Shown here piece by piece: positions 49,696 to 59,068 of a stretch of DNA of 64,000 bases. The position numbers were made by a program, and so were the translations under genes. Within the stretch, counting starts at the first letter, position 1, and every line of letters begins with the position of its first letter. The DNA is from a virus, in the IMG/VR virus record IMGVR_UViG_3300021185_002806. One strand, 5' to 3'. Under the pieces are notes generated by a model. It had not been told where the DNA came from. It did not search any database and saw nothing but the letters and a program-made list of their open reading frames with translations.

Positions 49696-50373
49696 CTATT
49701 TTTTTCGTAAAACAAAATAAAAACGGTCACCTTCATCTTGTCGTAGTGTTAGTACATTACAATTAAGATGTTCTGCGGCATTTGAAATGAAGATTGGATC
49801 CCAATCATAAAAGTTAATCCATTTAGCCGCTGGTTTATCATGTTGAATACCAGGATTAACTCTAAAGTATAAGAAACCGCCTGACTTGACCATGTTTACT
49901 ACATTTTCAAGTTCATTAAGTATCTTATCACTGCTACCGAAATTGATACTACCTAAACATATAGCAACATCAAATTCAACATCCGGGTTATAATCTAATG
50001 TGTGTACACATACATCCGCTCTATCATTATATGGATCGATGCCAATTAGATTTTTAATCTTACCTTTGAACTCGTTATACCCACAACCAATATCAACTAC
50101 ATTGTCTGGATTCATACTATTGACTTCATCAATAATAGCTAGTCCACTGTATTTGTATTTCTTTGTTTCGGGTTGCCAAACTTTACTAAAATAGTTTGAT
50201 AACACTGCTCTATCAATCTGTTCTGCTAATGCATGTATTTCTGTATCATTGATTTGACTTAGTTCAATATCAAATACACCATTGACAACTTGGCAGAATG
50301 TATTCTTGTCTGATTGCAAACTTGGATTACTTTTTAGAATTCTATCCAGTTCGTTTAAGATTTTTAGATTCAT
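49696..50373 (-). CDS. class I SAM-dependent methyltransferase
   Basis: VVDIGCG, GIDP, FDVAICLGS. Confidence 0.88.
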   Translation of the reverse strand: MNLKILNELDRILKSNPSLQSDKNTFCQVVNGVFDIELSQINDTEIHALAEQIDRAVLSNYFSKVWQPETKKYKYSGLAIIDEVNSMNPDNVVDIGCGYNEFKGKIKNLIGIDPYNDRADVCVHTLDYNPDVEFDVAICLGSINFGSSDKILNELENVVNMVKSGGFLYFRVNPGIQHDKPAAKWINFYDWDPIFISNAAEHLNCNVLTLRQDEGDRFYFVLRKK

Positions 50374-51084
50374 TTATGTCCTCGATTTTTTAGTCTTTGC
50401 CGTATCCCAATTTAATGTATAGGATATAGGAAAATGTCCTTGTTCTATATCTATATCTGTATTATGCACTATTATATCTGAAATGTCAATAGCAAAATTA
50501 GAAATTAATCTATCTAAATTCATCATACCTTCCCTAGATTTAAATGTGTCATAATTATCTAAATAACTGGTAAATCCATATTCTTTTAGCATGTCATCCA
50601 TTTCTTTATTCGGCGCCATATGGAAGTCTCCTGCAATTATCGTTTCACTATCCTTATATTTTTCTAATAGAAATTTTACATCCTTTATCGAATCTTCTTG
50701 TAATACAGGATACTCGCCTGTTATTTCTGGAAAACAAGGAAGTACTGATATGATATTAACTGATCCTATTACTCCCTTCAACGCTGTACATCCTTGCCAT
50801 GGATTAGCGATTGCAGTAATAAGTTGTTGGCTTGGTAAAGTGATTGTTTCCAAACTACCTATGGAAGAAACTTTTTCAGTTTTTCCTATTACTAAACTTA
50901 ATTGATTCGGTCCTACACTATCTGTTATAAAAACTCTATCAATTATATTGCATAGTTTCTTTTGTTCTTCTTTTGGAAAACGCTGTAATAATATTATGTC
51001 TGCTTTTTCGACTTGTCTTTCTAATACATCCCAACCTAATCGCAGGCTGTCTGTATTGTATTGTAAAAATTTGTATGTGGTCAT
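50374..51084 (-). CDS. endonuclease/exonuclease/phosphatase-family protein
   Basis: YN, DIILLQ, AGDFH, LDR, GHFPI. Confidence 0.75.
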   Translation of the reverse strand: MTTYKFLQYNTDSLRLGWDVLERQVEKADIILLQRFPKEEQKKLCNIIDRVFITDSVGPNQLSLVIGKTEKVSSIGSLETITLPSQQLITAIANPWQGCTALKGVIGSVNIISVLPCFPEITGEYPVLQEDSIKDVKFLLEKYKDSETIIAGDFHMAPNKEMDDMLKEYGFTSYLDNYDTFKSREGMMNLDRLISNFAIDISDIIVHNTDIDIEQGHFPISYTLNWDTAKTKKSRT

Positions 51085-51111
51085 TGTGAGTCTCGGTTGG
51101 GGCAGACTTGT

Positions 51112-51426
51112 TTAGTCCGCCGGTTCTAATGTTACCGTCAATGGGTAACCATGCGCCCTACTTGCTCCGTGAGTCTCTTCCACCTTTTGTTCTGCTATTT
51201 CTAAGTTAAACATACCAACTATAGCTTTATCATCTACGTGAATTTTGTTTGCCAAGTCTTCTGCGGTCTGTTCATCATGCCTGTATAATTCGATTAATAA
51301 TCGCACAACGAATTCAATTGGAGTACCATCATCATTGTGCATAACAACATAGAAACGCTTTGGCGGTTCTATTACTGTTTTTGTTGTAGCATCAACAATA
51401 GTATCTGTTTCGTTGCTTACTTGCAT
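51112..51426 (-). CDS. clpS: N-degron adaptor ClpS
   Basis: VVMHNDDGTPIEFVV...IH...AEQK...YPL. Confidence 0.9.
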   Translation of the reverse strand: MQVSNETDTIVDATTKTVIEPPKRFYVVMHNDDGTPIEFVVRLLIELYRHDEQTAEDLANKIHVDDKAIVGMFNLEIAEQKVEETHGASRAHGYPLTVTLEPAD

Positions 51427-51472
51427 TATTTACCTCACTATCTTTTAAGTATTTATCTGAATTATAGCACCA

Positions 51473-52336
51473 TTACAGAAGTGAATCAAGTCTTTTTTGA
51501 TAATTACTTAACATGTCTTCTATGTGCTCCATATCCTTTGATACAGCAATCTTTTCTGCTTTTGTATGTATCTTCTTAAATTTGTTACCAGTAAAGTTTA
51601 TATCTTCATACTTTACTATTTTATTTACTTTATCACCCAATGTTTCCAGTAATTTAATGTTTATCTCACAACATCTATGGACCCACTCATATGGAGTAGG
51701 TTGATGCATTTTTCTTTTAATGTTTGGATTGAAACTTATATTGCATTCACTTATTGATGTAGAAGTTTCATCTGTACTAGCCTTATGATAAACCATCGTA
51801 AGTTGTGCAACTATTTCACTTAGTGCATTATCTAAAGGATCTCTAATCAATATGTGATGTTTGGTATCGTACTTGATATCCTCGAATGCAATTCTTGGAT
51901 TAAGTTTAGCATCATAATCATACAATTTGATTGCCTCGGATACTCTTGCCAACTTAAGCAAATTCGTTATTCCATCTAAATGATTTTTTATGTACCACAT
52001 TGGAATAGTTCGATTATAGAACGGAGTAATACCATTTTCGGTAGATTTCCAATCAGTCCAAACCCATTCATCATTATGATTATCTAAATGATGCGTAATA
52101 TTATTTGGTTCATTGTCACATTTCCACTTAAATTCATTATCAAATGGATGACTTGCTTGATATTCAGAGTTATTAGTATTGGGATTTTCCTCTTTGCATA
52201 TCGACGGCCATGCACCATGTACAGACATAATCTCTTGTGCTAAATCAGATTTAACTTGTCCAGTTGTTTTTAAGTAATTACAGTATGCAGATGATCCCGA
52301 CCTTGGTTGACACCATACTGTTATGTGCTTTGCCAT
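51473..52336 (-). CDS. sulfotransferase-like protein
   Basis: PRSGS PAPS-binding loop, LIRDPLD..LS, VKYED. Confidence 0.75.
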   Translation of the reverse strand: MAKHITVWCQPRSGSSAYCNYLKTTGQVKSDLAQEIMSVHGAWPSICKEENPNTNNSEYQASHPFDNEFKWKCDNEPNNITHHLDNHNDEWVWTDWKSTENGITPFYNRTIPMWYIKNHLDGITNLLKLARVSEAIKLYDYDAKLNPRIAFEDIKYDTKHHILIRDPLDNALSEIVAQLTMVYHKASTDETSTSISECNISFNPNIKRKMHQPTPYEWVHRCCEINIKLLETLGDKVNKIVKYEDINFTGNKFKKIHTKAEKIAVSKDMEHIEDMLSNYQKRLDSLL

Positions 52337-52404
52337 TATAATGTCCTTATCATCTGGTTAGAAGCGAGGAAACCTCGCTTCTATTTATGAAGTAATATTT
52401 TCTA

Positions 52405-52848
52405 CTATGAGATTTCAATACTACGAGGCTTCTTACCTTCTGGAACGATACGTTCTAAAGATATTTTCAGTAACCCGTCTTTCAACTCGGCACCTTTCAC
52501 TTCAACATCATCTGCAATAGTGAATGCTTTAGAGAACATTCTTTTAGAGATACCTCTGTGAAGAACACCGTCTTTATCATCATCTGATTTTTCTTTCTTA
52601 ACAGATTTAACTGTCAAAATGTTATCAGCATAGTCAACTGTAATATCATCTTTTGAGAATCCAGCTAATGCTAGTTCTACATCATAAGTGAAATCTCCAG
52701 TCTTTACGATATTGTAAGGTGGGAAGTTTACTTGGGTTTGAAATGTTGCAACATCGCCATCGAACATACGTTCAAAATGGTCAAACATGTTGTCAAAGCC
52801 TACAGTTACAGGTCGTAACTGGTTAAAAATAGATAGTCCGTTTGTCAT
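52405..52848 (-). CDS. small heat-shock protein Hsp20 (IbpA-like)
   Basis: FPPYNI, LAGF, HRGIS.R.F, DGLL.I. Confidence 0.95.
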   Translation of the reverse strand: MTNGLSIFNQLRPVTVGFDNMFDHFERMFDGDVATFQTQVNFPPYNIVKTGDFTYDVELALAGFSKDDITVDYADNILTVKSVKKEKSDDDKDGVLHRGISKRMFSKAFTIADDVEVKGAELKDGLLKISLERIVPEGKKPRSIEIS

Positions 52849-52910
52849 TGTTAACTCCTTTGTTAAGCAAGTTGATTAAAGTGTAGACCCTATCAAGCAA
52901 TCTACACAGT
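52849..52910 (-). promoter_or_regulatory. ROSE-like RNA thermometer in hsp20 5'UTR
   Basis: Two hairpins; the 3' one, AAC-UUGCUU-aaca-AAGGAG-UU, places UUGCU opposite the SD. Confidence 0.75.
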
Positions 52911-52965
52911 TATTTATGCACACTATTGTACATATATACTAATATAATGATTATTTATGGAAATG

Positions 52966-53220
52966 TCAAGTCTTTTTCTCAAGTTTTTCTGAAAAAAGTT
53001 CAATTCCCTTAGATGGTCCCGCATCCCGCGGCAATCCACCATATTTTCCAATATAATCTTCAAGTACTGCTTTATACCAAAGTTGGCTATTGTGGTGTGC
53101 TTTTTTGTTATATTTTGAGATACCAACACTTGTTCCATCCTGAGTAAGCAATGCTCTTGTGCTTTCTTGTTGCAATTCTCTTAGTGTTAATTTTTCTAAA
53201 TCTATATTCAATTTATTCAT
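52966..53220 (-). CDS. hypothetical protein
   Basis: NK.AHHNSQ.WYKAV...YG.LP. Confidence 0.7.
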   Translation of the reverse strand: MNKLNIDLEKLTLRELQQESTRALLTQDGTSVGISKYNKKAHHNSQLWYKAVLEDYIGKYGGLPRDAGPSKGIELFSEKLEKKT

Positions 53221-53280
53221 CCTTTGTTCATATTTTGATAAATAACATTATAATCAAACACATTTAGGAGGCCACCTATT

Positions 53281-53598
53281 ATGATTAAAGAAACCAAAGT
53301 ATTTTACCCACATATTGTAAAACAGTATGATGATAATGCACAACTGATTTCTGAGAATAATTATGATACATATTATTCACTAATGAGAACAATTCTTTCC
53401 GATAACGGAATTGACTTGACTGATAATACTAAGTATAAAGAAGATTTGACTACTGATAAGTTCGAAGGCAAAATTACTATTGTTTATCCAAACAATGAAA
53501 CTATGACTGCTATCGAAACTGCTATCGGTTCTCAAATGTCTTCTTTTAGCGACAGTCAACCAATCTTTGAAGAATTCTCTGATAATCATTTGTTCTAA
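53281..53598 (+). CDS. hypothetical late protein
   Basis: SD aggagg, late promoter at 53237. Confidence 0.8.
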   Translation: MIKETKVFYPHIVKQYDDNAQLISENNYDTYYSLMRTILSDNGIDLTDNTKYKEDLTTDKFEGKITIVYPNNETMTAIETAIGSQMSSFSDSQPIFEEFSDNHLF

Positions 53599-53617
53599 TA
53601 CAAAATAATCATGAAAT

Positions 53618-53648
53618 GAAAAGGTCGCTTTATGCGGCCTTTTTTTAT
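53618..53648. terminator. bidirectional terminator
   Basis: aaaaggtcgc-ttta-tgcggcc-ttttttt between convergent genes. Confidence 0.85.
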
Positions 53649-53926
53649 TCCAATTCTTGTGTTCTTTGTTTTCTATACCAACGCTTCTTTCCGGCATCCC
53701 GTGCTTTACGTTTAACCTCACTTGGTTTCACATAAGCAGTACGGTCACGAACCTCTTGTATAATGCCTGCATCTTGTACTTTCTTTTTGAACTTACGTAA
53801 TGCTCTTTCAAATTGTCCGTTTCTTACTTCTACTGTTAGACCCGACTTATTAGTTTGTGAAAAGTCGTTTCTATCGTTTGATTTATATTGTCTATTCTTA
53901 TTATAACTATTATTGTAACTAGTCAT
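53645..53926 (-). CDS. rpsU: 30S ribosomal protein bS21
   Basis: VEVRNGQFERALRKFKKK...YVKPSE.KRK. Confidence 0.92.
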   Translation of the reverse strand: MTSYNNSYNKNRQYKSNDRNDFSQTNKSGLTVEVRNGQFERALRKFKKKVQDAGIIQEVRDRTAYVKPSEVKRKARDAGKKRWYRKQRTQELE

Positions 53927-54464
53927 TTTTTATTATTACACCTATTATCCTATTCCCGTTTGTTTTTAGAGGGAGGTCGTATTTGAAACTACTCAAATAC
54001 TCAGAGATTTGGGAATTAAAGAACTCTAACACATCACTTGCCTTAGAATTTTCCCTGCCCCTCATTTGTACTGTCACTTTTACTTTATTGCCTTTATCAA
54101 TAAACTTTTGAACTTGGTTAAGTTTCATCTTTAGGTCGTTCTCACCTATAGCTGGTCTAAACTTAACTTCTTTAACTTCAACTGAATTTTGTCTGGCTAG
54201 TTTTGCCTTCTCTTTTTCACGTTTTTTGATTTCGTAATTGTACTTATTTATACTAATGATTTTTGCAACTGGCGGCTTTGCATCTGGAACAATTAGAATC
54301 AAATCTAATCCTTCTGAATCCGCTTTTTGCTGTGCTTCTTGTTTTGATAAGACACCAAGTTGTTCACCGGTGTCTGTGACTACACGTAATTCATCTGCAC
54401 GAATACGTTGATTGGCTACAACGAATGGCTTTCGCCCTCGTTCTTCCTTAAAGTTTTTCTTCAT
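53919..54464 (-). CDS. infC: translation initiation factor IF-3
   Basis: N..IRA.ELRV, LDLILI.P.AKPPVAKI, KEVKFRP.I, RGRE. Confidence 0.95.
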   Translation of the reverse strand: MKKNFKEERGRKPFVVANQRIRADELRVVTDTGEQLGVLSKQEAQQKADSEGLDLILIVPDAKPPVAKIISINKYNYEIKKREKEKAKLARQNSVEVKEVKFRPAIGENDLKMKLNQVQKFIDKGNKVKVTVQMRGRENSKASDVLEFFNSQISEYLSSFKYDLPLKTNGNRIIGVIIKND

Positions 54465-55722
54465 TCGTTCCTGTTGATTCCCCTATTTCTTCTGTAAATA
54501 CCAAAATCGGTTCTTTGTTATGTTTAATAAAATCACCTGTAATTTCTACTGATACAAGCCCTTGTTTAGCAAGTTTAGGCAACTTGAATTGTAATTTCAA
54601 TAGTGATTTTTCTAACACACTCCTAAGACCTCTTGCTCCTGTCTTATTTGATTTTGCTATTTCAGAAATCTCATTTATTGCATCTTTAGTTAAATTTAAC
54701 TCAACTCCATCTAATTTAAAAATCTTCTTAAATTGTGCCATTAGATTGTTTTTAGGCTCAGTCAATATACGACTTAGTTCATCTTTAGTTAAGTCGTTGA
54801 TACCTACTAGTATTGGAAAACGTCCCATGAACTCTGGTATAATACCGTATCGGATTACGTCTTCTGGTAATACTTCTTCTGATACTCTCATATCATCTGC
54901 CGAGTCTTGTGCCATAACTCTTGCGCCGAAGCCAATTGAACCATTGGCATTTAATCTTCGCTTGATTACTTTATCAAGACCAACAAAGGCGCCGCCGACA
55001 ATAAACAGGATTTTGCTTGTATCAACTTCAAGCATTTCTGCGCCAGGATGTTTTCTTCCACCACCCGGTGGAACACGTACAACCGTACCTTCAACAATTT
55101 TTAATAGGGCTTGTTGAACACCTTCACCACTAACATCTTTAGTGATAGAGATACTTTCACCCTTCTTTGCTTTTTTATCGATTTCATCAATATAGATAAT
55201 ACCTTGTTCTGCTTTTTTAATATCAAAGTCTGATGCCATAAGTAAACGTTGTATTACATTTTCAACATCTTCACCTACATACCCACTTTCTGTTAGGGTA
55301 GTTGCATCTACTTGTGCGAAAGGAACATCTAAAAATTTTGCGATAGTCTTACCTAAGAGAGTTTTACCTGTACCACTTGGTCCAAGCATCATTACGTTAG
55401 ATTTCTCTAACTCTACTTCATCATCATCTTCTGGTAAATTAATTCTTTTATAGTGGTTGTAAACAGCAACACTCAAAACTTCTTTAGCTTCATCCTGACC
55501 AATTACATGAGCATTTAAAAACTCATTGATATCCTCAGGAGTTGGAATATCGCTGTTTACTTCTGTTGTCTTGTTATCTACGCTCTTACGTTCATGGACG
55601 ATAGAATGACAAAGGTCAATACACTCGTTACAGATATACGTTGCCGGTCCTGCAATTAAGGTGTTGATTTCATTCTTATGCTTTCCACAAAATGAACAAT
55701 GATAATCTTTTTTATCGGACAA
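54448..55722 (-). CDS. clpX: ATP-dependent Clp protease ATPase subunit ClpX
   Basis: CSFC..CNEC zinc domain, GPSGTGKT, GYVG, DEIDK, GRKHP, IGF loop, TGARGLR. Confidence 0.97.
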   Translation of the reverse strand: MSDKKDYHCSFCGKHKNEINTLIAGPATYICNECIDLCHSIVHERKSVDNKTTEVNSDIPTPEDINEFLNAHVIGQDEAKEVLSVAVYNHYKRINLPEDDDEVELEKSNVMMLGPSGTGKTLLGKTIAKFLDVPFAQVDATTLTESGYVGEDVENVIQRLLMASDFDIKKAEQGIIYIDEIDKKAKKGESISITKDVSGEGVQQALLKIVEGTVVRVPPGGGRKHPGAEMLEVDTSKILFIVGGAFVGLDKVIKRRLNANGSIGFGARVMAQDSADDMRVSEEVLPEDVIRYGIIPEFMGRFPILVGINDLTKDELSRILTEPKNNLMAQFKKIFKLDGVELNLTKDAINEISEIAKSNKTGARGLRSVLEKSLLKLQFKLPKLAKQGLVSVEITGDFIKHNKEPILVFTEEIGESTGTNEEKL

Positions 55723-55739
55723 TTTTTATACTTTCTCTA

Positions 55740-57272
55740 TTAATTGTTATTATTCAAACCATCAAGCCAGCCTGATTTCTTTTCTGCTTTAGTATTTATT
55801 TCCCTTTCAACCTTTGATTTAATTTCTTTCAATGATTTTTCATCAACATTTTTTAAATCAATTTCTGCCGGGTCTAAATACACGCCACCTGCTTTGCTTT
55901 CTGTTTTAACTTCTTCCACATCATTAGTTTCTTCTATAACTTCTTCTAAATCACTATCACTATTATCGCTCATTGAGGTCGTTTTGTCAAGCGTTTTCTT
56001 TTCAGATTTTGAAAATAGTGTGTCTAGGATTTCATTCTGTCTTCCTTCATGATTGTTTCTGTTAGCAAAACTATAGTTTGCCGCAATCAATAGAATAACT
56101 GCTAATGGGTCGAATACAAAAATAAAGATAATAATTAACCAACGTACTGCTTCATCAATAATAGTAGGAGTGGTTTCCCCATATACTAATTCTGCAATGT
56201 ACTTAATTGGTCCAACTTCTGCTTCAAGGGCCCTTACTTCACTTTCTAATTCGAATTTCTCATCATAGAGATTTTCGATGGTCTGTTCCGTTTCTGACAC
56301 TTTTAAAACTAAAGCGGTTATCTCATCCGTATTGTCTATTTCTCCAACTTGTGTTAGGAGATTTCGTAGACGATTAATATTATCTTGTGCATTTTGAATT
56401 TCTCTGTCTGCCATGCCACGCAAACGTTTTATTTCTTCACGTGCTTGGTCGATAATATCTGTGTTTACTGAATTACGAATATCCTCAACGATAGCAATAA
56501 GTCTGTCTTTTTCTGAATTTGATTTTTTAATAAATTCAGTAACTTTGCCAGCAGTGATATATCCGTATTTTCCATCTACTTTTGTACCAATCATAGCCTG
56601 TATCTTTTTCACATTATTTTCATCATCTACATTCTCAGCATAAGATTGTATCTTAGCAAGAGTTTCGTCAATTCGAACAATCTGTTCAGTATACGACTTT
56701 ACTTGATCCTCAGAACCTCTTTGTTCTTCTTTAACAATGTCTAACTGTTCATCAATCGCAGGCTGAATACGTAAGTATGCATTATCCATACGTTGTTGTT
56801 CAGCATCAATCTGACTATTGATATCAGATGAATCATCACTAGTTTCGTTATCAAGTTTAGCTATTTTTATTTCAGTACGTTCTATTAATGAATTAAATCT
56901 GATAATATCATTGTCAATACGTTCAACCTTTGCTACGTTAGCCGTTCCCTGTGCGGCTTGTTCTAGGTGTGCTTTCGATAAGAAACCGAAAATACCCATG
57001 CTTGTGATGAACATCAAAACGACAACTGCTATTGTCAAATAAAATTTTAATAGAAATGGAGCCCTCTTCCAATTACGGTACACCCACGATGCGGCTATAA
57101 GTTTGCCTATTTCAAGTGAACCCGCCATTAATGCTACTGGTACCGCAGAGGCGGCAAAAATCGCCATGAGTCCGACGATTGAAAACCAGGCGGCTATAAA
57201 CGCAATAGCAATAGCCGTAGCAAAGGTAATAATTGGAAATAACATAATCTTCTCCTTCTTAGTAGACCTCAT
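55740..57272 (-). CDS. membrane-anchored long coiled-coil protein
   Basis: N-terminal TMs, coiled coil with PG-binding-like IQ..IG.KVDG.YG, GPIKYIA, FDPLAV. Confidence 0.8.
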   Translation of the reverse strand: MRSTKKEKIMLFPIITFATAIAIAFIAAWFSIVGLMAIFAASAVPVALMAGSLEIGKLIAASWVYRNWKRAPFLLKFYLTIAVVVLMFITSMGIFGFLSKAHLEQAAQGTANVAKVERIDNDIIRFNSLIERTEIKIAKLDNETSDDSSDINSQIDAEQQRMDNAYLRIQPAIDEQLDIVKEEQRGSEDQVKSYTEQIVRIDETLAKIQSYAENVDDENNVKKIQAMIGTKVDGKYGYITAGKVTEFIKKSNSEKDRLIAIVEDIRNSVNTDIIDQAREEIKRLRGMADREIQNAQDNINRLRNLLTQVGEIDNTDEITALVLKVSETEQTIENLYDEKFELESEVRALEAEVGPIKYIAELVYGETTPTIIDEAVRWLIIIFIFVFDPLAVILLIAANYSFANRNNHEGRQNEILDTLFSKSEKKTLDKTTSMSDNSDSDLEEVIEETNDVEEVKTESKAGGVYLDPAEIDLKNVDEKSLKEIKSKVEREINTKAEKKSGWLDGLNNNN

Positions 57273-57335
57273 CTGTATTTATCTAATTAAGAAGGAGAAT
57301 TTAACTTCTATGTTATACTTTCGTATAGATTGTAG

Positions 57336-57851
57336 TTAATTTAGTGTTGTAGTAACGTTTAAAAACGCTATAGTTCCGACTTTCCATTGGTCTTTAGTCT
57401 GATATACATAACTATTACCATTAGATGTTTGGAATGTAGTGTTGTAACCTACAGTTTTGTTTACTACTGTTTCGATATAAATTACATCACATTGTTGCAC
57501 TTGCTTGTAACCAACAACTACTTGTTGTGATTTATTTTTATTGGCAGTATCCGCACCTATGATGGCACCTAATGCAGTTGCGGCATCTTTACCCTTACCG
57601 CCACCGAATTGATTACCGATTACACCACCGATAATTGCACCGAATAAAACATCACCTGTACTTGCAGAACTTTGCGTTCTACCATAAATAGGAACATCTA
57701 CTGTTCTACATTGCTGTGAAGGTGTCTTTTGTACTACTTGTTGAGTAATTGCAGTACTATCTGTTACCTCTGCTTGTACTCTTGTTGAATTCGCTTGTGC
57801 AGTTGAAACTAACATCAACGAACTAATGATTGCTACTATAAACTTATTCAT
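57336..57851 (-). CDS. exported glycine-zipper 2TM protein
   Basis: GAIIGGVIGNQFGGGKGKDAATALGAIIG; promoter at 57886-57914. Confidence 0.88.
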   Translation of the reverse strand: MNKFIVAIISSLMLVSTAQANSTRVQAEVTDSTAITQQVVQKTPSQQCRTVDVPIYGRTQSSASTGDVLFGAIIGGVIGNQFGGGKGKDAATALGAIIGADTANKNKSQQVVVGYKQVQQCDVIYIETVVNKTVGYNTTFQTSNGNSYVYQTKDQWKVGTIAFLNVTTTLN

Positions 57852-57953
57852 CTTATATCCTCTCGTATGATTAATAATTACTTACAGTATACACGTTTTA
57901 GGTGGATTTGTCAAGTTTTTTATGTAGAAAAAAGTGAGATAATATAGGGATTT

Positions 57954-58886
57954 TTAGATATATTTGGTGATTTTTCTACCACCTTTTGGGTATACTGAGA
58001 AACGTGCGCCTTTTACACCGAAGTTATCTCTATCACCTTTGTACATCGCCATTAATACTGGTTCGAATTCGCCTTCTACACGTTCACCATTTGAGTGATG
58101 TGGTCCGGTTGATACAAGTTTGTTACCTTTAAATACTGGATCGCCTTGTAATACTAAGTCAACATTTTGCTTACTAGGTTCACCTTTAAACCCAATACCA
58201 TAAATTGCTATACCTCGTAATATACCATTTTTAATTTCTCTTGCATATGTAGTTGCTCTTGGGATTTGACCATCTGTCATATCGATTACTGTCTTAGCAA
58301 ATGCAAGAATTTCTTCTTTTGCTTCTGGAAATCTTTCGTATACAGTTTTCATTTCTCTGTCACTCATACCGCCCCATTGTCCAAAATCTTTTGCACGTGA
58401 ACCTTTCTTATGAGATATCCAAGCAACTTCATTACCTGAGGCATCCACTGCATGAAAGTCAGACTTAGGTGTTCCAGGAGTTGTGACAAACTTAGCAACA
58501 TTAACTATTCTACCGCCAATGTCTAGTTGTATTTCTGCCTTATCACCTTTTAATTTTGCAAACATTTCACCAATACTACCAAGTGCCGCATCCTCATCAC
58601 GTGTAGAAAAACCTGCGCCTTTGCCTCCAAATTCACTTGTTTTTTCTAAACTTGTAAGTCGTACTACTCTTCCGTCGTGTGTTGCAAATTTATCAGGTAT
58701 AATACCTTGCTTTAGATTAGCTAGAACTTCATCGTCTTTTTTTAATTTAATCGTAGGCTTATCACCACCTAATGCTACAAACAGTTGTCCTGTTTCGTAT
58801 TTTCGAATAAAGTTGGCTAGTCTCTTATTATCTTTAATAAGATCCTTTTTAGTAAGTTTACCTTCTATGATATCTGAATAACGCAT
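57954..58886 (-). CDS. PD-(D/E)xK-like nuclease-fold protein, possibly head-packaged
   Basis: TPKSDF...WISHK; MRYSDIIE leader; late promoter at 58892. Confidence 0.6.
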   Translation of the reverse strand: MRYSDIIEGKLTKKDLIKDNKRLANFIRKYETGQLFVALGGDKPTIKLKKDDEVLANLKQGIIPDKFATHDGRVVRLTSLEKTSEFGGKGAGFSTRDEDAALGSIGEMFAKLKGDKAEIQLDIGGRIVNVAKFVTTPGTPKSDFHAVDASGNEVAWISHKKGSRAKDFGQWGGMSDREMKTVYERFPEAKEEILAFAKTVIDMTDGQIPRATTYAREIKNGILRGIAIYGIGFKGEPSKQNVDLVLQGDPVFKGNKLVSTGPHHSNGERVEGEFEPVLMAMYKGDRDNFGVKGARFSVYPKGGRKITKYI

Positions 58887-58917
58887 ATATGTATTTATCA
58901 TTTATGTTACAGATACA

Positions 58918-58950
58918 AATGGAAAACCCACTCCGAAGAATGGGCTCCAT
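58918..58950 (-). terminator. rho-independent terminator with C(UUCG)G loop
   Basis: cccatt-cttcgg-agtggg-tttt on the minus strand. Confidence 0.75.
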
Positions 58951-59068
58951 TAAAATTTGTTTTGTGGAATGTCAGAATGTGTTACGCAGTGTCCGACACA
59001 CTTATACCTTTTTTAAAATCCTATGCGTACTTAGTTATTAGTTTTGTTCTATAAAGTTATTTATCTTC

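Noticed and set aside
42388-50373. Cylindrospermopsin or saxitoxin biosynthesis
   Set aside because: Only the enzyme classes are analogous; no PKS/NRPS or pathway-specific genes are present
54515-55117. 200-aa plus-strand ORF (likewise 41654-42277, 34266-34736, 58483-58881)
   Set aside because: Antisense shadows of well-supported minus-strand genes
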